A DNA stretch of 56,065 nt, from assembly GCA_043827085.1 (NCBI GenBank), contig JBDRPO010000005.1:1-56065 (forward strand), written 5' to 3'. This stretch comes from a bacterium. Its GTDB lineage: Bacteria; Patescibacteriota; Microgenomatia; UBA1400; UBA12108. The notes under the pieces are model-generated. The model was not told where the DNA came from. It saw only the letters and a program-made list of their open reading frames with translations, and ran no database searches. Position numbers and translations under genes: made by a program. Position 1 is the first letter of the stretch; each line of letters begins with the position of its first letter. This document shows positions 1 through 7,966 of this stretch, in pieces.

Positions 1-2
1 AT

Positions 3-2669
3 AGCGATACTAATATCAAGACCTACGATGTCGGCGCCAATGTTCCCTCCGGCGGCACCACGATTATCGATGATGATATTACTTCTCTTGGAGTTGGGTA
101 TAATCTGGAAACAGTGGGATCGGCTGCTTCCGGAGTAAAAAGTATGGGAGTAGATAACTATGCTACAACAACCTCTGGCAATTATGTGAGCAAGACCTAT
201 ACCCTCCCCAAAAACATCGGTTCCGCTGTCCTGTGGGTCTCTCCGGTTCTAGATAGCTCTGACGTCAGCAACACCATCACCGTCAAAGCCAGCAACGACG
301 CCGGAGTCAGTTATAGTACTTGTACTTTGGTCAATACCAACAGCAACCCACCGGTTCCTGAGCGCGAATATGCCTGCACCTTTCCTGCCTCGGATAATGA
401 CCTAAAAGTCAAATTTGAATTTGCCCGGGGCAGTACTAAAACCAACACCTATGTCGTCCAATACGGTATTACTTGGCTCGGCCAAACCGGCTTCAGAATC
501 GAACAAGCCGATGGCAACAACGTCAGGCTCTACAACTACACCGGTGAAACCCAAAACTTGCGACTCGACGTCATTACCGGCGGTCTGGGACGTAACGCCG
601 GCACTGTTTCTCTGGCCCCATCTGCGGCCGACGTTGATTCCCAAAGTTACACCAACTCCCTCTGGATCAACAAAACCGGCACTGGAGGCAATTTATTAAA
701 ACTTCAAACGGCAGGCACCGACGTACTCACTCTTACCACCGATGGCATCCTTGACCTATCAAGCTCGTCCACTTCTACCGCCTCCGCCATGATTAGAAAC
801 ACCTCCACGACTGCGGCAACTATCGGTCTTGCCATCAAAATGAGCGCCTCAACAATAGACAACACGACTCGATTTATTAACTTTATGGACAAAAACGGAG
901 CCGTCATAGGTAAAATCCAGGGTAATACAGCTACAACTATTTCCTACACAGGCAACGGCACCGATATGGCCGAGTATTTCACTAAAGATGATCCAAGTGC
1001 TATTTTTACTCCCGGCACGGTAATGTGTCAGGGATCAAATGGAGTTTTGGCCTGTTCTTCGTCAAACTCAACTAAAATTATTGGGATTGTTTCAGATGCA
1101 CCAGTCTTCTTGGGCGGAGTTGAAGGCCCTAACAAAGTTATTCTCGCTTTAACGGGACAAGTTCCCGTCCGTATTTCCCCCACTTCACCAGCTATTCAAC
1201 CAGGAGATTTTCTCACGATTGCTGATAATGGTCTCGCCACTAAATCTACTGGAACTGGCTATATCATCGGTAAAGCTCAAAAGTCCTGGTCACCTACTAG
1301 CGGGGAAAATAGCCTGCAAATCACCATTTCCTACATCTATGCCGATCCAGATCTCACCATCAATAATGAAGGTGATGTGACGCTCCATGGGGAGACCGTT
1401 GCAGATTACCAAGTAGTAACTCCAATTGGCATTACTTCCAAGATCGGTGCCTTCGCCAGCGCAACTATCGCCAAACTCACGGCTGGCTTAACCCGCACAG
1501 AAGAACTCCAAGTTGGCACCATCTCTCCCCTTGCCTCCGGCTCTGCCATCACCGTCAACGGCCCCATGATTATAAAAAATTCCGAACTTTCAAATAATTC
1601 AGAACCTCAAGCTCCCCTTCTCGAAGTTGACGGCGAGATCATGGCTGCCACCATCAGCGCAAGGACCGCCGTCCTCCAAAACATCCAAGCCGACACGATC
1701 ACGGCTAAAAATATCGTCGCCGATACCATTAGTGCCAATCACATCATGGGTCTCGACGCCAAGCTCGCGAGCATCTCCGGTAATCTTTCCGATTCCGAGC
1801 TTACCTCCATCACCGACCGAATCAAAGCTCGACTCGCTCTCTTGGCCGGCAACATCCCAGACGCCACCGATATCCCCGCTCCACCTGAAGCCACCTCCTC
1901 TGCTACTGGAGTCTGGGGTCCAGAATCTGACGTCTCGACAAATTCAGCCACTCTCGCCTCCGCCGACATTGACTTTGCTACCGTCAACCAGTATCTCGCC
2001 GTCATCGGCCAAGCCGTAATTACCGATCTCGACGTCACCAACTACCTCTACGCCACCAATATCAACAGCAAAACTGGCCATTTAGCGCTCGGTAACAACA
2101 CCCTCCTGATTGACGAAAACGGTCAGGTGGCAATCAATGGTGACCTCACGGTTTCCGGCAAAATCCTAGCCGATAGTGCTGAACTTAATTCTCTCTCCCT
2201 TGGCTCGCCCAGTGCCACCAGCTCTTCCGAACTCGGCAAATTGCTCGCAGTTTATGACGAATCCGGCAAACAGGTCGCCAGCATCGACGCCTCGGGGAGT
2301 GCCAACTTAGCCGCCCTCACCACCCAACTGATTACCATTGCTGCAGGTAGTGATGCCTCCGCCTCCGCCTCGGGTCTCCTTACGACTTCAGTCAAGAGCA
2401 ACGCCACCGCCGGTGAGTCTGTCCTTGTCTCTCCCAATACAGAGCTCGTCGTCGAAAGTCCCTACGTCACCAGCAACTCCCTCGTTTACTTGACCCCCAC
2501 CGCCAATACCGCAGGCAAAATCCTCTTTGTCAAAGCTAAACAGTCTTGTGAGTCTGGTTCCGAACTTCCAAATAATTCCGATCCTTGCGTGCACGCCTTC
2601 ACCGTAGGCATCGATACTCCTGCGGGTAGCGATATTCCTTTCAATTGGTGGATTATTCAACTAAAATAG
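3..2669 (+). CDS. Large Ser/Thr-rich surface or secreted protein, 5'-truncated by the window edge
   Basis: The frame is open from nt 3 with no stop, so the track start at 114 (GTG) is only the first in-frame start codon. S/T/N-rich, low-complexity composition typical of adhesin or fibre proteins. It lies upstream of the pilin genes. Confidence 0.6.
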   Translation, partial: SDTNIKTYDVGANVPSGGTTIIDDDITSLGVGYNLETVGSAASGVKSMGVDNYATTTSGNYVSKTYTLPKNIGSAVLWVSPVLDSSDVSNTITVKASNDAGVSYSTCTLVNTNSNPPVPEREYACTFPASDNDLKVKFEFARGSTKTNTYVVQYGITWLGQTGFRIEQADGNNVRLYNYTGETQNLRLDVITGGLGRNAGTVSLAPSAADVDSQSYTNSLWINKTGTGGNLLKLQTAGTDVLTLTTDGILDLSSSSTSTASAMIRNTSTTAATIGLAIKMSASTIDNTTRFINFMDKNGAVIGKIQGNTATTISYTGNGTDMAEYFTKDDPSAIFTPGTVMCQGSNGVLACSSSNSTKIIGIVSDAPVFLGGVEGPNKVILALTGQVPVRISPTSPAIQPGDFLTIADNGLATKSTGTGYIIGKAQKSWSPTSGENSLQITISYIYADPDLTINNEGDVTLHGETVADYQVVTPIGITSKIGAFASATIAKLTAGLTRTEELQVGTISPLASGSAITVNGPMIIKNSELSNNSEPQAPLLEVDGEIMAATISARTAVLQNIQADTITAKNIVADTISANHIMGLDAKLASISGNLSDSELTSITDRIKARLALLAGNIPDATDIPAPPEATSSATGVWGPESDVSTNSATLASADIDFATVNQYLAVIGQAVITDLDVTNYLYATNINSKTGHLALGNNTLLIDENGQVAINGDLTVSGKILADSAELNSLSLGSPSATSSSELGKLLAVYDESGKQVASIDASGSANLAALTTQLITIAAGSDASASASGLLTTSVKSNATAGESVLVSPNTELVVESPYVTSNSLVYLTPTANTAGKILFVKAKQSCESGSELPNNSDPCVHAFTVGIDTPAGSDIPFNWWIIQLK

Positions 2670-2684
2670 TGTTTAAATATATTT

Positions 2685-3347
2685 ATGAAAATAATTCGAC
2701 ATGCTTTTTCTCTCATCGAAATCATGATCGTCGTTGGCATTATCGCCATTCTCCTCGTGGGTACCCTTCTAACAGTCCGCGTCCAACGTAGCAAAGCCGA
2801 AGACACTACGATGAAAACCGATCTCTCTCGCCTTAAAATCGCCTTCGAAGATTATTATAACGACCACAACTGCTATCCTCCTGCAGATTGGTTCAATGGG
2901 CCAGAAGACGTCAATAGTACTGTTCTCCAACCTTATCTCAAACAAATGCTCTACAATAGAAAAACTCTGCTCCCCTACGTTCTTGAAAAGGATCCTACGG
3001 GCTGTTCGTGGTTCAAAATCTACACGACTCTCAACAACGCAGACGACCCTCAAGCTGTCACCCTCCGATCTCCCTTCGGCTCCACGCTCGGCAACTACGG
3101 CGTCTCCTCCACCAATACTACTGTCAGTATCTATTATGACTCTCTGAGCTCCTCTGCCCCCTCGCCAACCACTTCCCCCTCCCCCACCCCCAATCCCGAC
3201 AACATCTACTACTGTTCGGGCATTCACAACTGCAGCTCCTTCGACAATACCCGTTTCGATTGCACTCCAAATTATGCCGACACTGAGTGTACGGGATCCA
3301 ACAATTGCGCCAGTCTCGGCTCTTGCAGGTCGCTTAAACCTCTATGA
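2685..3347 (+). CDS. Type IV pilin-like protein (prepilin-type N-terminal cleavage/methylation domain), paralogue 1
   Basis: N-terminus MKIIRHA|FSLIEIMIVVGIIAILL has a class III signal with Glu at +5. A PST-rich linker is followed by a Cys-rich C-terminal module. The stop overlaps the next ATG (ATGA). Confidence 0.8.
   Translation: MKIIRHAFSLIEIMIVVGIIAILLVGTLLTVRVQRSKAEDTTMKTDLSRLKIAFEDYYNDHNCYPPADWFNGPEDVNSTVLQPYLKQMLYNRKTLLPYVLEKDPTGCSWFKIYTTLNNADDPQAVTLRSPFGSTLGNYGVSSTNTTVSIYYDSLSSSAPSPTTSPSPTPNPDNIYYCSGIHNCSSFDNTRFDCTPNYADTECTGSNNCASLGSCRSLKPL
2814..2881 (+). repeat. 68-nt block identical to 3467-3534 (pilin paralogue 1 copy)
   Basis: Direct nucleotide comparison. The match extends to about 96 nt with 3 mismatches (to 2909 / 3562). 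Confidence 0.9.
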
Positions 3348-3979
3348 AAAAAAAAGCATTCAGTCTCATCGAAATCATGATCGTCGTCGCCATTCTCGCC
3401 GTCTTGGCTCTGATAGCTATCTTTTCCGTTATTCGGGACAAACAAAAAGCTGAAGATTCTCTCGTCAAAACCGATCTCTCTCGCCTTAAAATCGCCTTCG
3501 AAGATTATTATAACGACCACAACTGCTATCCTCCCGTAGATTGGTTCGATGGGCCAGAAGACTGTGGTTCCCACGTCCTCTCTCCATACTTACAGGCTCT
3601 CGTCTGCGACATTCATACCCAAAAACCATACCTCGTTGAAAATGATAGTACTGGCTGTGGCTGGTTCAAAATCACCGGTACCCTCCACAATGCCGAACCA
3701 TATCCAGGTTGCCTCAGCGATTCCTGCCCCACCAGCACAACATATCGCGTTAGCTCAGGCAACATCAATCCCTACCCTGACTACGATCCCAACGCCGTTC
3801 CCTCACCAACTCCTAGCCCAAACCCAGATCCATCAGATTATCAATACCTCTACTACTGTCAAGCCCTCAACAACTGCACTTCCTATAACAGAGTTCGTTT
3901 TAACTGCACTCCCAGCTTCACCGATTCCTATTGTAGTGGCACTTGTGCCACTACTATTGGCTCTTGCACTGACCGTTAA
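3344..3979 (+). CDS. Type IV pilin-like protein, paralogue 2
   Basis: N-terminus MKKKA|FSLIEIMIVVAILAVL. It shares DLSRLKIAFEDYYNDHNCYPP with paralogue 1 and has the same Cys-rich C-terminus (YYC..NC.S....RF.CTP). Confidence 0.8.
   Translation: MKKKAFSLIEIMIVVAILAVLALIAIFSVIRDKQKAEDSLVKTDLSRLKIAFEDYYNDHNCYPPVDWFDGPEDCGSHVLSPYLQALVCDIHTQKPYLVENDSTGCGWFKITGTLHNAEPYPGCLSDSCPTSTTYRVSSGNINPYPDYDPNAVPSPTPSPNPDPSDYQYLYYCQALNNCTSYNRVRFNCTPSFTDSYCSGTCATTIGSCTDR
3467..3534 (+). repeat. 68-nt block identical to 2814-2881 (pilin paralogue 2 copy)
   Basis: Direct nucleotide comparison. Confidence 0.9.
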
Positions 3980-4001
3980 ATTACCTATATACTCGAAGTA
4001 T

Positions 4002-5963
4002 ATGTTTAACCAAATTATTTACCCCCTCACACTTTTCCTCACTCCTTTACTGTTTTTTACCTTCACTCCCAACTTTTTTGCCACCCCCAAACAGCTCCTC
4101 CTTATCCTCGTCGTTCTCTTGATCGCCCTCAATTGGCTCTTTAAGCTCGCCGCCTCGCGCACGCTCCAAACTAGTTCCTCTCCTCTCCGCCTTGGCCTTA
4201 TCGCCTTTGTGATTGCTCTCCTCCTCAATCTAGTCCTCCATAAAGAAGGACGGCTTGAAAGTCTAGTTGGTCCCACCGCCATCTATCTCGTCCTTTCCGT
4301 TTGGACATACTTCCTCACCCTCCAGAAAAATTCCCAACTGCACCAAAAAATTCTCTCAGCCTTTCTCGGCAGTACTACTATCTTGGCTATTCACACTATT
4401 CTCCAACTCACACTGCTCTCCCGCCTCACCTTTCTCCCCCTCTATCTGCAATTACGCTCTTTCACTTTAACCGGCAATCTCCTCACCACCCTCATCCTGA
4501 TCGGTCTCGGCATCGCCGTCGCCATTTCACGTCTCCGCGCCAGTATCAACCATCAACCATCAATCATCAATCATGGGCTTTCCTCCATTATCCACCTTAT
4601 CGCCTTTGTTGCTCTAGGCTACCTCCTCCTTCCAGGCCATGAACTCGCTCTCAACATCCTCCCCCTCACCGCTTCTTGGAGTATCGCGCTTGACGCCATG
4701 AAGTCAATTCGTACCTTTTTCTTTGGTGTCGGTCTCGCCAACTTTGCCATTTTTTACAAGAGTGTCAAGCCTCTCTTCCTCAACACCACTCCCTTTTGGA
4801 GTACTCTCCCCTCCTCCTCCGGTTCAGCTTTTCTCCACCTCCTCACCACTACCGGCGTTATCGGCTTTATATCCTTCCTCTCCCTCCCCCTCCTAACATT
4901 AAAATCTCTGCTCAAAGATTTACGCTCAAAGCAAAACCATGACCCCTTGACCATGAGCTATAAACTAATCTTCTTCCTTTCCACTCTCGCCCTCCTCCTG
5001 TCTCCCAGCTCCATCCCCCTTCTTCTCGTTTTCTTTACTACTTTGGGTGTTCTCAATGCCTCAGATCCCCACACCCGCTCTCTGACTCGGCCCCTTTCCC
5101 TCATACTGGCTCTCGTCATCCTCGTCCTCACTCTTGTCACCGGCTACTATAGCGCCCTCATTATTACCGCCGAGATAAACATGCGCCAAGCTCAAAAAGC
5201 TCTCTCTAGTAATAATGGCAAATTAGTCTACGAAAAAAATATCGTTGCCATCAATCTCCTCCCTGGACTCACCAGTTATCATCTCTCCGCCTCTCAAGTA
5301 AATCTCTCTATCGCCGCCGCTCTCTCACAGCAAGCATCCCTCTCCGACACCAACCGCCAAAACATTACCCAGCTTGTCTCCCAAGCTATCAGAGAAGGCA
5401 AACTGGCCGTCAATCTCTCACCCAACGACTCCGCAGCCTGGCAAAACCTCGGCAGTCTTTACCGCAATCTCGTCAACGTCGCCGAGGGTGCCGATCAGTA
5501 CGCGATCCAAAGCTATGCCCGTGCCGTCGCTCTCGATCCCGCCAACCCGCTTTTACGCCTCGAATTTGGTGGTTTCCTCTACCAGCTTGGGGGATCCGCT
5601 CCCAAAGCCAGCGACATGACCGCCCTCTATTCCCGTGCCCAAAACGAGTTTCAGACTGCTATTCAACTCAAGCCCGATTACCCCAACGCCTACTACAACC
5701 TCGCCAAGCTCTTTGAAACAAACCGAGACTACCAAAATGCCTACTTAGCCATGCAAAAAACTCTCAGCCTCTTGGGCCCCGACAGTGCCGACCTTGCTCG
5801 TACCACCTCCGAACTAGAGAGTATCAAAGCCAAACTTCCCTCTTCCTCTCCCTCAACCATCAACCATCAACCATCAACCATCAGTGAACCCTCTCCTCTC
5901 CCCTCACCTCTCCCCGGCGGTCCCATCGAGCTCCCCACTGACATTGAACCAACTCAACCATGA
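4002..5963 (+). CDS. Polytopic membrane protein with C-terminal TPR repeats (O-antigen ligase / Wzy_C-like architecture suspected)
   Basis: The track ORF 3549-5963 overlaps pilin 2 in another frame, so the first plausible start is ATG 4002 (MFNQIIYPL...). About 10 or more hydrophobic helices are followed by TPR-like AxxxYxxA repeats (AWQNLGSLY, AYYNLAKLF). Confidence 0.6.
   Translation: MFNQIIYPLTLFLTPLLFFTFTPNFFATPKQLLLILVVLLIALNWLFKLAASRTLQTSSSPLRLGLIAFVIALLLNLVLHKEGRLESLVGPTAIYLVLSVWTYFLTLQKNSQLHQKILSAFLGSTTILAIHTILQLTLLSRLTFLPLYLQLRSFTLTGNLLTTLILIGLGIAVAISRLRASINHQPSIINHGLSSIIHLIAFVALGYLLLPGHELALNILPLTASWSIALDAMKSIRTFFFGVGLANFAIFYKSVKPLFLNTTPFWSTLPSSSGSAFLHLLTTTGVIGFISFLSLPLLTLKSLLKDLRSKQNHDPLTMSYKLIFFLSTLALLLSPSSIPLLLVFFTTLGVLNASDPHTRSLTRPLSLILALVILVLTLVTGYYSALIITAEINMRQAQKALSSNNGKLVYEKNIVAINLLPGLTSYHLSASQVNLSIAAALSQQASLSDTNRQNITQLVSQAIREGKLAVNLSPNDSAAWQNLGSLYRNLVNVAEGADQYAIQSYARAVALDPANPLLRLEFGGFLYQLGGSAPKASDMTALYSRAQNEFQTAIQLKPDYPNAYYNLAKLFETNRDYQNAYLAMQKTLSLLGPDSADLARTTSELESIKAKLPSSSPSTINHQPSTISEPSPLPSPLPGGPIELPTDIEPTQP
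4545..4572 (+). repeat. Heptanucleotide tandem repeat inside a CDS (ATCAACC x2, ATCAATC x2)
   Basis: Read directly from the sequence. It encodes INHQPSIINH. Confidence 0.9.
5852..5886 (+). repeat. Heptanucleotide tandem repeat inside a CDS (CTCAACC, ATCAACC x3, ATCAGTG)
   Basis: Read directly from the sequence. It encodes STINHQPSTIS near the C-terminus. Confidence 0.9.
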
Positions 5964-6676
5964 CCAAACCCAAGCGTTACCTTCCATTCCCTCTTTTCCT
6001 CCTCACTCTCCTCGTCGTCGGGGGCACTTTATGGTATGTTATAAAAAACTTTGCCCCTCTAGTCACCCCTCTTAGCATCAATGAAGTTAATCCCACAGGT
6101 ATCGTCCATCTAGAAGCCTCCCCCGCCCCCGTCAGCCTCTACACCAACAACTCCACCACCCTCGACCTCAACGCCATCTTCGACTCAGACTCCATCCATC
6201 TCACTGCCGTCTCACTCAATCTGACCTACCTACCCGGTTCTCTCCTTATCGGATTTACCTCGACCGATTACCTTCCTATCACTTTATCTGCCGCAACCGA
6301 GGCAACCGGCAGCTATATGATATCTGTCGGAGTCAGTCCTAGTAGCGGTGGCCAAACCAATTGGGGTACTGTCGGTCGCCTTACAATCAAAGCTTTGTCC
6401 CCCGGTCTCCACGTCATCAACTTTGGTACGGGAACCCTAGCCTCTGCCACAGAATGGCCTGACAACGTTCTCAAGAGTGTCTCTCCGCTTGAAATTAACG
6501 TTTATAACCCCGGCGACGCCAATCACGACAAAATCATTGACCTCTTTGACTACAACTTCCTTGTTTCCGACTACGGTCGCTCCGATATGCCTCGCTCCGA
6601 TTTCGATAAAAGTGGCAAAGTTGACCTCTTTGACTACAACCTCTTAGTCGCCAACTACGGCAAAATCAGCCAATAA
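5960..6676 (+). CDS. Membrane-anchored protein with a cohesin-like domain and a C-terminal dockerin-like duplicated Ca-binding repeat
   Basis: N-terminal TM helix. The C-terminus has GDANHDKIIDLFDYNFLVSDYG and SDFDKSGKVDLFDYNLLVANYG, a dockerin type I-like pair. ATGA overlap with the upstream gene. Confidence 0.6.
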   Translation: MTKPKRYLPFPLFLLTLLVVGGTLWYVIKNFAPLVTPLSINEVNPTGIVHLEASPAPVSLYTNNSTTLDLNAIFDSDSIHLTAVSLNLTYLPGSLLIGFTSTDYLPITLSAATEATGSYMISVGVSPSSGGQTNWGTVGRLTIKALSPGLHVINFGTGTLASATEWPDNVLKSVSPLEINVYNPGDANHDKIIDLFDYNFLVSDYGRSDMPRSDFDKSGKVDLFDYNLLVANYGKISQ

Positions 6677-6681
6677 AAATT

Positions 6682-7860
6682 ATGTCCAAAAAAAATTCTC
6701 GCCGCCAAAAACACTCTAATTTCCTCTTCCCCCTGATCGTCTTAGGGGTAATCATCCTCGGTACTATTCTCTGGTACTCACTACCCCACCCCACTCCAAT
6801 CGGAATCAACGTCGTTGGCAGCGCAGACGGAACCGCCACCCTCACTCTCACTCCCGCCGAAATCACCTCAACCCCCAATACCGAATCCACCCTCACCCTT
6901 CTCCTTGACGGAGGAGAAAGCCACGTAACCGGTGCCCAAATCGAAATCAATTACAACACCTCTCAAGTCGACACCCCCCAAGTCACCCTCGGTAGTTTCC
7001 TCTCTGTTATTTTATCCGAAGTCAAAATCGAAAACGGCAAAATCACCTTTACCCTCGCCGCTCCCCCCACCTCCGGCGGGATTACCGGCTCTGGCCTCCT
7101 TGCCACCATCAAAATCAAACCTCTTATCCCCGGCACCTCATCTCTCGACTTTACCGCCAATACCGTCGTAACTGCCACTGAATTTGCGACCAATACACTC
7201 CAATCCGCCGCTAGTGCCACCCTTGTTGTTACCGTCCCCGCTTCGGCCGAGCCCTCCGTCGAGCCTAGTGCCGAGCCCAGCTCTCCTGCCAGTCCGGCAA
7301 AACCGGCCAAGCCCACTGGGCTCAGGAGTAATTGCTACGAGGGAGGCAGCAAAATTACCCTCCGCTGGGACGCGGTTTCCGGCGCCTCCTCCTATAAAGT
7401 CCGCCTCGACCAAAAAGACGGCGATGATTACCAATCCATTGACGATATTGACAACACCGAGTACAACCTCTCTCTCAGCCCTGATCAAAAATACGCCTGG
7501 TGGGTTCACTCCAACCAAAACGGTGTCGATAGCGAAGAAGCTAAAGTAGACGAGGTAATCTGTATCAAAACTGTCTCCACCCCGACCCCCACTCCCTCCC
7601 CCACCCCCAAGCCCACGGTCAAACCCACAGTCAAACCATCTGTCAAAGCTTCTCCTACCCAAACTCCCAAACCCACTACCACGATTTCTGCTGCCTTTGT
7701 CTCACCCTCCCCAGGCATCGCCGAGTCCCTCAACGACATCTTTGCTGGTGCCATGCCCTCCCCAACCCCCACTCCTCAGCCTAGTACCAATATCTTCGCC
7801 CGCATCTGGCTTGGCTGGCGTGCCATCTTCCAGAAAATCGGTGAAACTCTCTTCAAATAG
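6682..7860 (+). CDS. Membrane-anchored surface protein: cohesin-like domain, Pro/Ser/Thr linkers, FN3-like module
   Basis: N-terminal TM helix. GSGLLATIKIKPLIPGTSSLDF resembles the domain of the preceding protein. PAKPTGL...ITLRWDAVSGASSYKVRL is FN3-like. PT-rich linkers. Confidence 0.55.
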   Translation: MSKKNSRRQKHSNFLFPLIVLGVIILGTILWYSLPHPTPIGINVVGSADGTATLTLTPAEITSTPNTESTLTLLLDGGESHVTGAQIEINYNTSQVDTPQVTLGSFLSVILSEVKIENGKITFTLAAPPTSGGITGSGLLATIKIKPLIPGTSSLDFTANTVVTATEFATNTLQSAASATLVVTVPASAEPSVEPSAEPSSPASPAKPAKPTGLRSNCYEGGSKITLRWDAVSGASSYKVRLDQKDGDDYQSIDDIDNTEYNLSLSPDQKYAWWVHSNQNGVDSEEAKVDEVICIKTVSTPTPTPSPTPKPTVKPTVKPSVKASPTQTPKPTTTISAAFVSPSPGIAESLNDIFAGAMPSPTPTPQPSTNIFARIWLGWRAIFQKIGETLFK

Positions 7861-7890
7861 TAGAAACTATAGTAAAATAGCTAAGCACCA

Positions 7891-7966
7891 GGGCCGTTAG
7901 CTCACCTGGTAGAGCGCTACTATGGCATAGTAGAGGTAGTCGGTTCGAGTCCGATACGGTCCACCA
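7891..7966 (+). tRNA. tRNA-Ala (anticodon GGC), CCA encoded
   Basis: Cloverleaf folded by hand: acceptor GGGCCGT/ACGGTCC with the G3:U70 Ala identity pair, D stem GCTC/GAGC, anticodon stem CTACT/AGTAG with loop ATGGCAT, T arm GTCGG-TTCGAGT-CCGAT, discriminator A, CCA. Confidence 0.9.

Noticed and set aside
402-2660. Many 60-150 aa ORFs in other frames or antisense inside the large plus-strand surface gene (for example 402-644, 1627-2019, 1739-2041, 2388-2660). Similar shadow ORFs lie inside rho, radA, lig, ftsH and the 1077-aa gene.
   Set aside because: They lie wholly within longer ORFs that have recognisable protein features. They have skewed compositions (Arg/Pro/Ser-rich) and no ribosome-binding sites. 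They are typical shadow ORFs of long, stop-poor genes.
3549-4001. The N-terminal 151 codons of the 804-aa track ORF (3549-5963).
   Set aside because: This part overlaps pilin paralogue 2 in a different frame and translates to low-complexity P/S/T sequence. The first start compatible with the membrane protein is ATG 4002, just after the pilin stop.
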